This document shows positions 41,908 to 52,856 of a stretch of 64,000 nucleotides of DNA, piece after piece; position 1 is the first letter of the stretch, and the number at the start of each line of letters is the position of its first letter. The stretch covers positions 64,001 through 128,000 of the forward strand of contig CAWDOD010000007.1 in the NCBI GenBank assembly GCA_963803805.1, in the 5' to 3' direction. The notes under the pieces are model-generated. The model was not told the origin of the DNA and made no database searches. It saw only the letters and a list, made by a program, of their open reading frames with translations. The translations under genes were made by a program, and so were the position numbers. This DNA is from an uncultured cyanobacterium. GTDB taxonomy: Bacteria; Cyanobacteriota; Cyanobacteriia; Cyanobacteriales; CAWCAG01.

Positions 41908-42879
41908 TTAAATAATGGTGTGGCCTAATGCTAAACCGGTTACTAACATTCCTAAAACCAGAAAAGGTTGAGCGCTAGCTTGGTATTTCACATCGTTTTT
42001 GAGAGGATCGCGGAGGAAATACATATCTTGGAAGGTGATCTGGGGAATGATTAAAAGTATTAGTAATACTGCATAAAAATTTTGGTGTATGGCAACTAAA
42101 TAGCCAGCAATGCCGGCTTGGAATAAATCAATCATTAACACGCAAATCCAAGCTGCTGTACCAATGCCAAACATCACTGGTAAAGATTTTAAACCTAACT
42201 CTTCGTCTCCTTCTACACTCTTAAAATCATTCACCACCGCAATGCCCAATCCTGCGAGGCTATAAATTAGGGTGAGGATAGCAATTTTCCAGTTAAGTTC
42301 CCCAAATAAAGCATGACCGGCCCACCAAGGCAGGGCAATATAACTTGCACCTAAAGCATAGTTACCTAACCAGCCATTTTTTTTCAATTTTAAAGGTGGT
42401 GCCGAATAAATGTAGGCAAGGAATGCACCCCCAAGGGTTAAACAGGTTAGCACAGGGAAATCATGACCTGCCCAAATATCTAAACCAAAGGCTAAACCTA
42501 AACCAGCAACTAAGAGAATAACAATTTGGCTCATGACTTGAGGGACAGAAATTGCTCCTGAAGGAATGGGGCGATAAGGCTCATTAATAGCATCAATTTC
42601 TCTGTCATAAAAGTCATTTAAGGTTTGGGTATAACCTGTCATTAATGGCCCTGAGAGCAACATACAAGCAGCCGCTTTGAGAATATCTTCTAATGTCCAA
42701 CTATAGCCCCCAGAAGAAGCTGCACCGCAGACTACACCCCAGATTAAAGGAATCCAGGTAATTGGTTTCATCAACTGTAAGCGGATTTTCCAAATGGAAC
42801 TTTCCCCCGGTGCAGCACCTTTCATCCCTAACATTTGGCGGGTTTTGGCACTGCGATCGCTGCTACTTTCCGTTGTCAT
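41908..42879 (-). CDS. chlG: Chlorophyll synthase
   Basis: RLQLMKPITWIPLIWGVVCGAA, NDFYDREIDAINEPYRPIPSG, NDFKSVEGD, NDVKYQASAQPF. Confidence 0.98.
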   Translation of the reverse strand: MTTESSSDRSAKTRQMLGMKGAAPGESSIWKIRLQLMKPITWIPLIWGVVCGAASSGGYSWTLEDILKAAACMLLSGPLMTGYTQTLNDFYDREIDAINEPYRPIPSGAISVPQVMSQIVILLVAGLGLAFGLDIWAGHDFPVLTCLTLGGAFLAYIYSAPPLKLKKNGWLGNYALGASYIALPWWAGHALFGELNWKIAILTLIYSLAGLGIAVVNDFKSVEGDEELGLKSLPVMFGIGTAAWICVLMIDLFQAGIAGYLVAIHQNFYAVLLILLIIPQITFQDMYFLRDPLKNDVKYQASAQPFLVLGMLVTGLALGHTII

Positions 42880-42948
42880 TACTTAATTCTTCCTTGGCAA
42901 ATCTCATCTAAGATTTTACCTTAGATGTAAAATTGCTATGTTTTAGTC

Positions 42949-44637
42949 TCAATTATTCTCTAGGTTTAAAGAATCTAGCAAAATCAAAGGTAAAGCTTCT
43001 TTACTAATACTTAAACCATAACTGGAAGTTAAATAATCTTGGTACTCAGGCAACTGAGCAATGTAAGTACTGAAGAAAGCCAAGCTTAATGCTTTAACAT
43101 ACTCTTGAGCTATTTTCGGGTCAGGACCAACAGCTTCCGAAGGTATAGGAATGCTACCTTGTTCTTCGGCGATGGTTGAAAAGTGAGTGCCTCCTTTTAA
43201 AAGAGCTAAATATTTCTGGGGAGATGTTAACCAAGTAAAAGGCCTAATTTGCTCAATTAAAACTGGAGTAACTGTATCATCGCTACTACCCCAAATCATA
43301 ATTGGTTGCTCAATTTTACCTATTTCACTTTCTCCGAAAATAGTACTATCTAGAGGATTGATGGCTATTACTGCGGCAATACGGTCATCTTTCAACTCGT
43401 AATCAGCATTTCCTAAGTAAATAGCTTGACACTGAAGCAATAAAGAGAGATTAAGGAAGTTAGCATCGCTCTCTGGTTGACAATCTGTTTGGACTTGTTC
43501 ACTGTTGATGCCTGCACCAGCTAAAGCCAAGCTGGTGTAAGCGCCGTAGGATTGTCCTAAAATCCCGACTCGTTCAACATTAATTTTGTTGCTGTAGGAT
43601 TGTGCTAAAACATCTAATAAATATTTAATATCTAAGGGTCGGTCAATTAATTCTTGGGGGGGAGAAACTTCATTAGCTAGCCCAGCTAACAAAGCACCAA
43701 CTTGAGCAGAATTACTACCAGGATGTTCTAATACAGCTACAGCAAAGCCGTGGGATGCTAAATGAAGGGCAACATATTGAAAGGATTTAAGATTAGAACC
43801 AAGTCCGTGGGAGATGACAACTAAAGGAGAAGTCACGCCCTCCCCATTTTGGGGTAAATATAAATCAACAGGAAAGCTTCTTAGGCGCTGATCATCTTGG
43901 AGATTTAACCTTTCTACGGTAAATTTAGTTGCCCCAGAAGCTCTTAATTCTAGTAAGTTTGGTAGGTTGGTAATGGGATTATTAAAAGCTGCTTCGGTGG
44001 CTTGAACTTCAATATCGGTTACAGCTTGTTGAGTAAGCCTAATGGTACTACTTAGTTGATCGATAATTTGAAAACCGCTTCGGGAATTGATGCGTATCCC
44101 CACGGTGGGAAATTTCTTTAAGACATTTAAAGGGGTTAGCCCCTCTTCATCAGCAGCCGCTAAAATCAAAGCAGAACGCAAAGCATAAAAACCCGATTGG
44201 CGGGCTTGGGTTTGAATCACTTCCCCAAGCCGTTGTAGAATAGTTTCTCCTTGGGGGGTATAGAAAAATTGGGCTACAGCTACCGCATCTAAGTCAGCAC
44301 GAGTTAGTAAGATTTCTCTGAGTTGAGTTAACTGTTCTTCATTCAAATAACCTGCATAGTTAGTTAATTCTTGCTCAATTTTCCCTTCCCTAGCGTAGGT
44401 TTCCAAAGCTTCTACGGAGATAGAGAAATCCAAAATACCATAGGAAACATAAAGATGTTCTGCACTTAGAGCGCGATCAGCAAGTAAGTTGGGAGTCGTT
44501 AGCAAAAAGCCTATATTAAACAGGGCAATTCCCCATTTAGTCCAAGCTCGAGAAGTGAACTTTGGTAAGGCTATGTTTGGCTGAGTTAGCTTAGAGTTCT
44601 GGGGCGAAGGAGCAAGTTTAGCGATCAAAAAATTCAT
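42949..44637 (-). CDS. DUF1400 + alpha/beta hydrolase
   Basis: N-terminal AE.L.VSYG..SISV..LE.YA; SHGLGS, GQSYG nucleophile elbow, GTHFS. Confidence 0.88.
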   Translation of the reverse strand: MNFLIAKLAPSPQNSKLTQPNIALPKFTSRAWTKWGIALFNIGFLLTTPNLLADRALSAEHLYVSYGILDFSISVEALETYAREGKIEQELTNYAGYLNEEQLTQLREILLTRADLDAVAVAQFFYTPQGETILQRLGEVIQTQARQSGFYALRSALILAAADEEGLTPLNVLKKFPTVGIRINSRSGFQIIDQLSSTIRLTQQAVTDIEVQATEAAFNNPITNLPNLLELRASGATKFTVERLNLQDDQRLRSFPVDLYLPQNGEGVTSPLVVISHGLGSNLKSFQYVALHLASHGFAVAVLEHPGSNSAQVGALLAGLANEVSPPQELIDRPLDIKYLLDVLAQSYSNKINVERVGILGQSYGAYTSLALAGAGINSEQVQTDCQPESDANFLNLSLLLQCQAIYLGNADYELKDDRIAAVIAINPLDSTIFGESEIGKIEQPIMIWGSSDDTVTPVLIEQIRPFTWLTSPQKYLALLKGGTHFSTIAEEQGSIPIPSEAVGPDPKIAQEYVKALSLAFFSTYIAQLPEYQDYLTSSYGLSISKEALPLILLDSLNLENN

Positions 44638-44741
44638 AAGGTGATTTGTGCTGTCAAATATAGATTACTTGGTAAGAACTACAAACTTTCCTATTTCTCT
44701 GCCCTGCTTAACAATTAGATTAACACCAATTCAATTGTCAT

Positions 44742-44790
44742 GGCATTCATCCCACCCTGAATTAAAATTATAGACGTGGGGATGAATGCC
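44742..44790. repeat. Imperfect inverted repeat resembling an IS200/IS605-type end hairpin remnant
   Basis: GGCATTCATCCCAC ... GTGGGGATGAATGCC in the divergent intergenic region. Confidence 0.4.
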
Positions 44791-44888
44791 TAGCTAGCTA
44801 AAATATAAAACGTTCAACACTGAATCATTTGTCCCTAACGGCAACAGCAAAGCCGTACATTGATCACTGAATAACTGAATAACTAAAT

Positions 44889-46133
44889 ATGTTGCCTGTT
44901 AAAGAAGCCGAAGCTATTATTTTAAAATTATTTCAACCCCTAGATCCCCAACAAGATTTTGAGATTGTGGGTTTAAAAGAAGGGAGGGGACGTATTTTAG
45001 CTGAACCTGTCACTAGTAAGCTGGATTTTCCCCATTGGGATAACTCGGCTATGGATGGTTATGGGGTAAGGTTTGCTGATGTGGAAGATTGTTCTCCAGA
45101 CAAGCCAGTTAGTTTGTCAATTGTGGAAGAGATTCCGGCGGGTTACCAACCCCAGAGATCAGTACAGTCAGGGCAAGCAGCGCGGATCTTTACTGGTGCG
45201 GTGATGCCAGAGGGAGCAGATACAATTGTGATGCAGGAGAATACCCAGCGTGAGGGTAATGTCGTTAAAATTTTGGCTTCTCCCCAAGCAGGAGAATTTG
45301 TGCGCCGCCGTGGGGATTTTTACCAAGCAGGCAAGCCTTTATTGAATCCAGGAACTCGCCTCAATGCCCCAGAAATTGCAGTCTTAGCGGCGGCACAATG
45401 TAACCAGTTTAAAGTTTATCGCCGTTTGCGGGTTGCTATTTTTGCGACAGGGAATGAATTGATTAGTCCTGTAGAAACTTTGCAACCAGGACAAATTGTT
45501 GATTCTAATCAATATGCTTTAGCTGCATTTGTGGCTGACAATGGTTGCACTCCCATACCCATGGGCATTGTTAAGGATAAACCAGAACTATTAAAAAAGG
45601 CGATCGCCCTTGCCCTTGCTAGTGCAGATGTGGTGCTTTCTACTGGGGGGGTATCCGTGGGAGATTATGATTTAGTTGACCAAATTTTACAGGAGTTGGG
45701 GGGCAAAATTCATTTGCGTAAGGTGAAAATAAAACCGGGCAAACCCTTGACAGTGGCGACATTTAATGTAGATAGATCAGGGCAAGCATCTTTATATTTT
45801 GGCATTCCTGGCAACCCGGTTTCTGCTTTGGTAAGTTGCTGGCGTTTTGTGCAGCCAGTATTACAGAAAATGTCTGGGTTAAAAGATTGGCAACCAACTT
45901 TTATTAAAGCGCGAACTCAAAGTAAATTACGTTCTGGTGGTCAAAGAGAAACCTATCTTTGGGGAACAATGAAGGTTGTTAATGGGGCTTGGGAGTTTTG
46001 CCTCGCCCCAGGAACACATAACTCTGCTAATTTGGTGAATCTAGCTGGTACTACAGCCCTTGCGGTTGTACCTTTAGGAACAAAAACTATTGAACCAGGG
46101 GAAGAAGTAGAAGTTTTAATCAATGATGCCTAG
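44889..46133 (+). CDS. moeA: Molybdopterin molybdotransferase
   Basis: DNSAMDGY, RIFTGA.MPEGAD.IVMQE, TGNEL, STGGVSVGDYD, KPGKP, PGNPVS. Confidence 0.96.
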   Translation: MLPVKEAEAIILKLFQPLDPQQDFEIVGLKEGRGRILAEPVTSKLDFPHWDNSAMDGYGVRFADVEDCSPDKPVSLSIVEEIPAGYQPQRSVQSGQAARIFTGAVMPEGADTIVMQENTQREGNVVKILASPQAGEFVRRRGDFYQAGKPLLNPGTRLNAPEIAVLAAAQCNQFKVYRRLRVAIFATGNELISPVETLQPGQIVDSNQYALAAFVADNGCTPIPMGIVKDKPELLKKAIALALASADVVLSTGGVSVGDYDLVDQILQELGGKIHLRKVKIKPGKPLTVATFNVDRSGQASLYFGIPGNPVSALVSCWRFVQPVLQKMSGLKDWQPTFIKARTQSKLRSGGQRETYLWGTMKVVNGAWEFCLAPGTHNSANLVNLAGTTALAVVPLGTKTIEPGEEVEVLINDA

Positions 46134-46179
46134 GGGCAAGGGCAAGCCCTACAAAGATTCAACTAGCCATTAGCCATTA

Positions 46180-47960
<1,781 letters not shown>

Positions 47961-48070
47961 TTTACAGTTTTAGGAGAAAGGTTAAGGGTCAAAGGCAATG
48001 AGAACAGTATATTCAAAACTTATTACTTATTTACTTATTACTTTTCCCCTACTCCCTGCTCCCTGCTCAA

Positions 48071-48934
48071 TTAAACCATCATCAAGTCTAGTTCTTCTTC
48101 TGAGGTTTTTTGAGGTTGAGCATCGTTGAGATAGAAATCTGATAGGAGGGTAAATAAGTCACGATCTTGGGATTCGTTGGGTACTACACCTTCGGGTAAA
48201 GCTAAAACTTGGTCAGCAATATTAAGGTAGTAGTCGCAGACGTAACTTAAGGAAGGATCAGTTTCTGCCATTTCAAATAGAGTCTTACCCTTAACGCGAG
48301 AAACGCGGATATCTTCAATTAAAGGTAGGATTTCTAACACTGGCATTGGTACTGATTCGATGTATTTGTCGATTAAGTCACGCTTGGAGGTACGGTTGCC
48401 AATTAAACCTGCTAAGCGGAGGGGGTGGGTGCGGGCTTTTTCTCTTACCGAGGCAGCGATACGATTAGCAGCGAATAAAGCATCAAAACCATTGTCGGTG
48501 ACAATCATGCAATAGTCAGAGTAGTTTAAAGGTGCAGCAAAACCACCACAAACTACGTCACCTAAGACATCAAAGAGGATGACATCATACTCATCAAAAG
48601 CATTGAGTTCTTTAAGGAGTTTAACGGTTTCCCCAACTACATAACCACCACAACCTGCACCAGCCGGGGGACCTCCTGCTTCTACACAATCCACTCCGCC
48701 ATAACCTTTATAAATGACATCTTCTGGCCAAATATCTTCGTAATGGAAATCTTTTTCTTGTAAGGTGTCGATGATAGTAGGAATAAGGAAGCCTGTCAGA
48801 GTAAAAGTGCTGTCATGCTTAGGGTCACAACCAATTTGCAAGACTTTTTTACCTCTTTTAGCTAAAGCAACAGAGATATTACAGCTTGTTGTAGATTTAC
48901 CGATTCCACCCTTTCCATAAACTGACAGTTTCAT
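48071..48934 (-). CDS. chlL: Light-independent protochlorophyllide reductase iron-sulfur ATP-binding subunit L
   Basis: [40 protein letters not shown]. Confidence 0.98.
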   Translation of the reverse strand: MKLSVYGKGGIGKSTTSCNISVALAKRGKKVLQIGCDPKHDSTFTLTGFLIPTIIDTLQEKDFHYEDIWPEDVIYKGYGGVDCVEAGGPPAGAGCGGYVVGETVKLLKELNAFDEYDVILFDVLGDVVCGGFAAPLNYSDYCMIVTDNGFDALFAANRIAASVREKARTHPLRLAGLIGNRTSKRDLIDKYIESVPMPVLEILPLIEDIRVSRVKGKTLFEMAETDPSLSYVCDYYLNIADQVLALPEGVVPNESQDRDLFTLLSDFYLNDAQPQKTSEEELDLMMV

Positions 48935-49468
48935 ATTGGTTGTCTCCTAGTTTTAATTGAATATATGGTGATGTGTTTATTTAAGCTACGGACGTTAGAA
49001 ACAGAAGATATAAGCTTTTTGTCTTCATTAGGCATTATTGTCGAACTTCTCCATAAAGGAAAGGGGGTTTATAAATGAAGATGGCAGCTATAGCTAGAAA
49101 TAAGCATCAAATAAACTTATGAATGGTTCATTGCTGTATAAATCTTTTTTTAAACCATAAAAGCTTTTTAAAACTATTTTTAGTCTCTTATTTAAGTAAA
49201 TAGTAACAAAAGACAAAAAGCCAACTTTCAAACCAAAACTGTTCTAAGCAACTATATTTCCTAGTAATACGGAGAAAGCTGTATAAAAGAGAACGGGTTT
49301 ATCTGTCGCCAACCCGTAGATTTATCCTTTTAACTAGGCTAAGGATAATTTGAATAAATCTGGAACAGCAAAATTGAACAACTTTATAAACAATCATTAA
49401 TTTTCCAAATTCTCTTAACTGTTCATTGATAATTGAATAATTGATAACTGTATTAAGGGTTAAATTGT

Positions 49469-49666
49469 GTGAGTTCATCCCCTCGTCCAGACAAGTCTAT
49501 TTTTGCTTATCCTTTTGCGATTATCTCTGCGATCGCTTTAGCTATGTATATTTTGAGGGGGTTTGGACTTTTGGGCTTCCTTCCCGGTGGTATTTTGATG
49601 TCACTGTTCCTAATCAGCTTAGGATTAGGCATCGCCTACGGTATTGACCAAACCTTGCGTTATTGA
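49469..49666 (+). CDS. Small two-TM hypothetical membrane protein
   Basis: Two hydrophobic segments around ILRGFGLLGFLPGG; GTG start. Confidence 0.65.
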   Translation: MSSSPRPDKSIFAYPFAIISAIALAMYILRGFGLLGFLPGGILMSLFLISLGLGIAYGIDQTLRY

Positions 49667-49691
49667 GTCGCCCGTTGTCTAATAAAAAAAA

Positions 49692-49702
49692 TGTGTTATC
49701 TT
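49692..49702 (+). promoter_or_regulatory. Putative extended -10 promoter of the downstream structured transcript
   Basis: TGTGTTATCTT (TGn-TATCTT) preceded by an A-tract. Confidence 0.45.
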
Positions 49703-49772
49703 AATTGAAGGGAAAGAGAAATCCCAGTCATTTTGAAACTAAAACCGTTCAGGTAGAAAGGAGGTGATGCCC

Positions 49773-49844
49773 ATGATTGAAAGTAGTATAACCATGGGTC
49801 GTTTAGTTAGAGTTTATCGGCTGCGTGCCGGGGCTGTTCTTTAA
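49773..49844 (+). CDS. 23-aa small ORF MIESSITMGRLVRVYRLRAGAVL
   Basis: AAAGGAGGTGAT (full anti-SD complement) at 49757-49768, 4 nt before ATG; below the ORF-track length cutoff. Confidence 0.5.
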   Translation: MIESSITMGRLVRVYRLRAGAVL

Positions 49845-49939
49845 AGAACCCAGCTTAACTCGTTTTATCTTAAAGCGCTGGAGAGCTGAACTTTATAGTT
49901 CCTTCCGGCAGCCAGATACTAACTAGAAGACCCGCTACA

Positions 49940-49991
49940 CCGCTCCCATATCAAGTGCTTAATTGTACTGAGTGGGAGCGGATAGTTTTTT
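49940..49991 (+). terminator. Rho-independent terminator
   Basis: CCGCTCCCA...TGGGAGCGG stem followed by TAG and a T6 run. Confidence 0.7.
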
Positions 49992-50053
49992 GGGGACAAT
50001 TTTTTTTGGCATTGCTGGGTTTAAAGTTATGAATTGCTTTTGTCGACAATAAA

Positions 50054-50155
50054 TCCCCTGCCCCCTAAATCCCCCAAATTGGGGGACTTTGAGTTTTGGG
50101 AGACTTCAAATTCTTTTCTCTACCCCAGAATTAGGGGGCAGGGGGGCGAAATCAG
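50054..50155. repeat. ~100-nt GC-rich palindromic dispersed repeat, copy 1
   Basis: CCCCCAAATTGGGGG and CCCCAGAATTAGGGGG hairpins; reverse complement aligns to 52652-52753. Confidence 0.8.
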
Positions 50156-50223
50156 AGCCACGAAGCAACACCTTTTTTTGAATTGTACGGCTTTGCCGTT
50201 GTCGTAGACTAAATTTGGATAAA

Positions 50224-50508
50224 ATGCAACTACTTAGTGATCAAGAAATTCAACAGCATCTTAGTCAATTATCTGGCTGGGAATTAGAAGGTAAGAAGAT
50301 TAAGTATCTTTTCAAATTTAAAGATTTTGTCGCAGCGATTGATTTTGTGAATAAACTAGTAGAACCAGCAGAATCTGCCGGACATCATCCTGATTTGGAA
50401 ATTTCTTATAACAAAGTTACTGTGAGCTTAACTAGCCATGATGCAGGGGGCTTAACTGAAGCAGACTTTGAAATGGCCAAGAAGATTTCCCTAATAGCTA
50501 GTCACTAG
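50224..50508 (+). CDS. phhB: Pterin-4-alpha-carbinolamine dehydratase
   Basis: FKFKDF..AIDFVN, AE..GHHPD, SHDAGGLT..DF..A; ATG at 50224. Confidence 0.92.
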   Translation: MQLLSDQEIQQHLSQLSGWELEGKKIKYLFKFKDFVAAIDFVNKLVEPAESAGHHPDLEISYNKVTVSLTSHDAGGLTEADFEMAKKISLIASH

Positions 50509-50813
50509 TTGCTAATTTTGTTTACTTGTCCTAGTTCCTGAACTGCCGAGCAAAATAACTCTAACTTTTGGCAGTACAAATCAAACTAGTGGTATAAGTA
50601 TACTTGCCTGTAGCTTAATTTAGCTTCCTCATAAAAACTTTCCAAAAGTTTTTATGATCATGGGAACTCCATAAGTAAACGGGTTGTCTAAAAGAATCTA
50701 GGGCTGGTTTATACACCAACTAAAAAACCTAGCATAAACTACTTGAGTTACTGTTTAACATTAGCGGTGTATCATATGTTTAAGAGTGAGGATGTAACTC
50801 TACAAGTCAAGAG

Positions 50814-50822
50814 GTGTGAGGA
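50814..50822 (+). promoter_or_regulatory. Putative Yfr1 sRNA target site in the porin 5' UTR
   Basis: GTGTGAGGA, 10 nt upstream of the ATG, complements 9 nt of the conserved Yfr1 motif ACUCCUCACAC. Confidence 0.6.
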
Positions 50823-50832
50823 AAAGTTAACT

Positions 50833-52611
50833 ATGTCGAAATTACTCTGGAAATCATTGCTGGTCAGCCCAGCTATCTTAGGCGTTGTCTTAGCTTCTTC
50901 TGCTAACGCCGCAGGTACTCAAGTTCCTGCAAATCAATTGGATGTTGCTGAAGCGGAAGTCTCTTTAGAAGAGTCTGCTAACTTAGAAGCTTCTGCAACC
51001 ACAGAAGTAGCCCCTGAATTAAATTTTGAAGTTCCCCAAGAAACTCCTGTTGCCCAGGCTGACAACAGCGAAATTATCAACCAAATCAACGAATACAGCG
51101 GCGACAGCAATGCTCTTGACCAAGTAACCAGCGTCAATCAGCTTTCTGATATTGATCCTTTCTGGTTCAGTGCTGTACAAAAAATGGTTGACAAATACGG
51201 TTGTATTGTTGGCTATCCTGATGGAACCTTCAAAGGGCAAAGAAATATTACCCGCTACGAATTTGCAGCAGCAGTTAGCCGTTGTATGGAGTGGGTAGAG
51301 GAAAATATCGGCAGTGTAGATGGTACAGATTTAGCCACTCTACGCCGCTTAGTACAAGAATTTGAAGCTGAACTTGCTGTATTAGGTGCAAGAGTTGATG
51401 ACCTCGAAGGTCGTGTTGCTTTTGTTGAAGACCATCAATTCTCTACCACTACCAAGTTAGACGGTGAAGTTATCTTCGCTCTTACCGATGAGTTTGGTAC
51501 TAGCAATGATAACAATACGATTTTTGTAGATAGGGGTCGTTTAGCTTTAAATACTAGCTTCACTGGAAGTGACAACCTAGTTACCCGTCTTGCTTTTGGT
51601 AACTCTACTGTATTTGACACTGGTACTGGCAGCGCTGAAGCTACCCAAAGCTTTGACCTCCGTCCTGTTGATGGTGGTAACAACGTAGTAATAGACTGGT
51701 TAGCTTACTACTTCCCATTCGGCGCTTCTCAAGTTTATGTAGCAGCTTGGGGTGGTATTTGGAGTGATATTGCTCCTACCTTAAACCCTTATTTTGAAGA
51801 CTACGACGGCGGTAATGGTGCTTTAACAGCTTTCGCTTCTGAAAGCCCCATCTACCGTATTGGTGGTGGTACTGGTGGTGCTGTTAGCCTTGGCGTTGGT
51901 CTTTTAGAAAGTGTTTTAGGCCCAAGTACTGTTACTTTTGGATACCTAACTGGTAACGGAAGTGTTCCTGGTGACGGCTTTACCAATGTTGCTGGTGATC
52001 AAGGGAGTGGCTTATTTAGTGGTGACTATGCTGCCTTGGGTCAAATCAACTTTAACTTGGGAGATCGTATTGGCTTAGGTGCTACCTACGTGCATGGTTA
52101 TCACAACGGTGGCAGCGCTATTTATGACCTTGGCGGGCTTTCTAGTGGTGTTGTTGGTACAGGCCCAGCAAACTTCCCTCATATTAATTCAGGTACTGCT
52201 GTAACTAACTCCTACGGCCTTGAAGCTGCTTTCCGCTTAACTGAGAATATCTCTATCAGCGGATTTGGCGTTTACACAGACGTTATTTCCATCCAAGAAG
52301 GAGATACAGAAAGCTGGAGTTATGGCGCTGGTGTTGCCTTCAATGACTTAGGTAAAGAAGGTAGCGTTTTAGGTATCTTCGGTGGCGCACAACCTTACAG
52401 TATCTTAGATCCAACTGGTGCTGTTGCTACAGACTCAGTTACTGGTAACGTGCTAAATGATATTCCTTATACTGTTGAAGCCTTCTACAAGTATCAACTT
52501 AGCGATAACATCTCTGTTACTCCTGGTTTAATCTGGATCACCAATCCTAACCAAGACGAAACAGCAGAAGATGCTTGGATCGGTACTTTGAGAACCACCT
52601 TCAGTTTCTAA
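50833..52611 (+). CDS. Cyanobacterial SLH-domain porin (SomA/SomB, OprB-like)
   Basis: Start MSKLLWKSLL; QVTSVNQLSD, YGCIVGYPDGTF, TRYEFAA (SLH), QFSTTTKL.GE, C-terminal GTLRTTFSF. Confidence 0.95.
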   Translation: MSKLLWKSLLVSPAILGVVLASSANAAGTQVPANQLDVAEAEVSLEESANLEASATTEVAPELNFEVPQETPVAQADNSEIINQINEYSGDSNALDQVTSVNQLSDIDPFWFSAVQKMVDKYGCIVGYPDGTFKGQRNITRYEFAAAVSRCMEWVEENIGSVDGTDLATLRRLVQEFEAELAVLGARVDDLEGRVAFVEDHQFSTTTKLDGEVIFALTDEFGTSNDNNTIFVDRGRLALNTSFTGSDNLVTRLAFGNSTVFDTGTGSAEATQSFDLRPVDGGNNVVIDWLAYYFPFGASQVYVAAWGGIWSDIAPTLNPYFEDYDGGNGALTAFASESPIYRIGGGTGGAVSLGVGLLESVLGPSTVTFGYLTGNGSVPGDGFTNVAGDQGSGLFSGDYAALGQINFNLGDRIGLGATYVHGYHNGGSAIYDLGGLSSGVVGTGPANFPHINSGTAVTNSYGLEAAFRLTENISISGFGVYTDVISIQEGDTESWSYGAGVAFNDLGKEGSVLGIFGGAQPYSILDPTGAVATDSVTGNVLNDIPYTVEAFYKYQLSDNISVTPGLIWITNPNQDETAEDAWIGTLRTTFSF

Positions 52612-52651
52612 GCAAGTCAAATCTTTGATTTCGGCGTTGCTGATCGTCAAT

Positions 52652-52753
52652 CTGATTCCGCCCCTCTGCCCCCCATAAATGGGGGGAGAAAAGAACTCAA
52701 AGCCCCCTAAAACTCAAAGTCCCCCAATTTGGGGGATTTGGGGGGCAGGAGAT
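52652..52753. repeat. ~100-nt GC-rich palindromic dispersed repeat, copy 2 (inverted relative to copy 1)
   Basis: Shares AAAACTCAAAGTCCCCCAATTTGGGGGATTT with the reverse complement of 50054-50155. Confidence 0.8.
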
Positions 52754-52783
52754 CGAGGGAGTCTTAATTTCTGTTAGTCAAAC

Positions 52784-52812
52784 AAAGCCCTGCTTGTAAG
52801 CGGGGCTTTTTC
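52784..52812. terminator. Terminator hairpin between the convergent porin and TPS genes
   Basis: AAAGCCCTGCTT-GT-AAGCGGGGCTTTTT. Confidence 0.7.
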
Positions 52813-52856
52813 ATAAAAAAGCGCCCCAAAAAAGATTTTTTTATCCATAGCCACTA

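Larger units (their letters stand above)
49709..49991 (+). ncRNA. Putative ~280-nt structured sRNA or small-protein mRNA
   Basis: Bounded by a putative promoter and terminator; long-range pairing of 49796-49831 with 49905-49933; contains perfect SD and 23-codon ORF. Confidence 0.55.

Noticed and set aside
49757-49768. AAAGGAGGTGAT as a 16S rRNA 3'-end fragment on the minus strand
   Set aside because: Flanking sequence does not continue into 16S helix 45; its position before an ATG fits a Shine-Dalgarno
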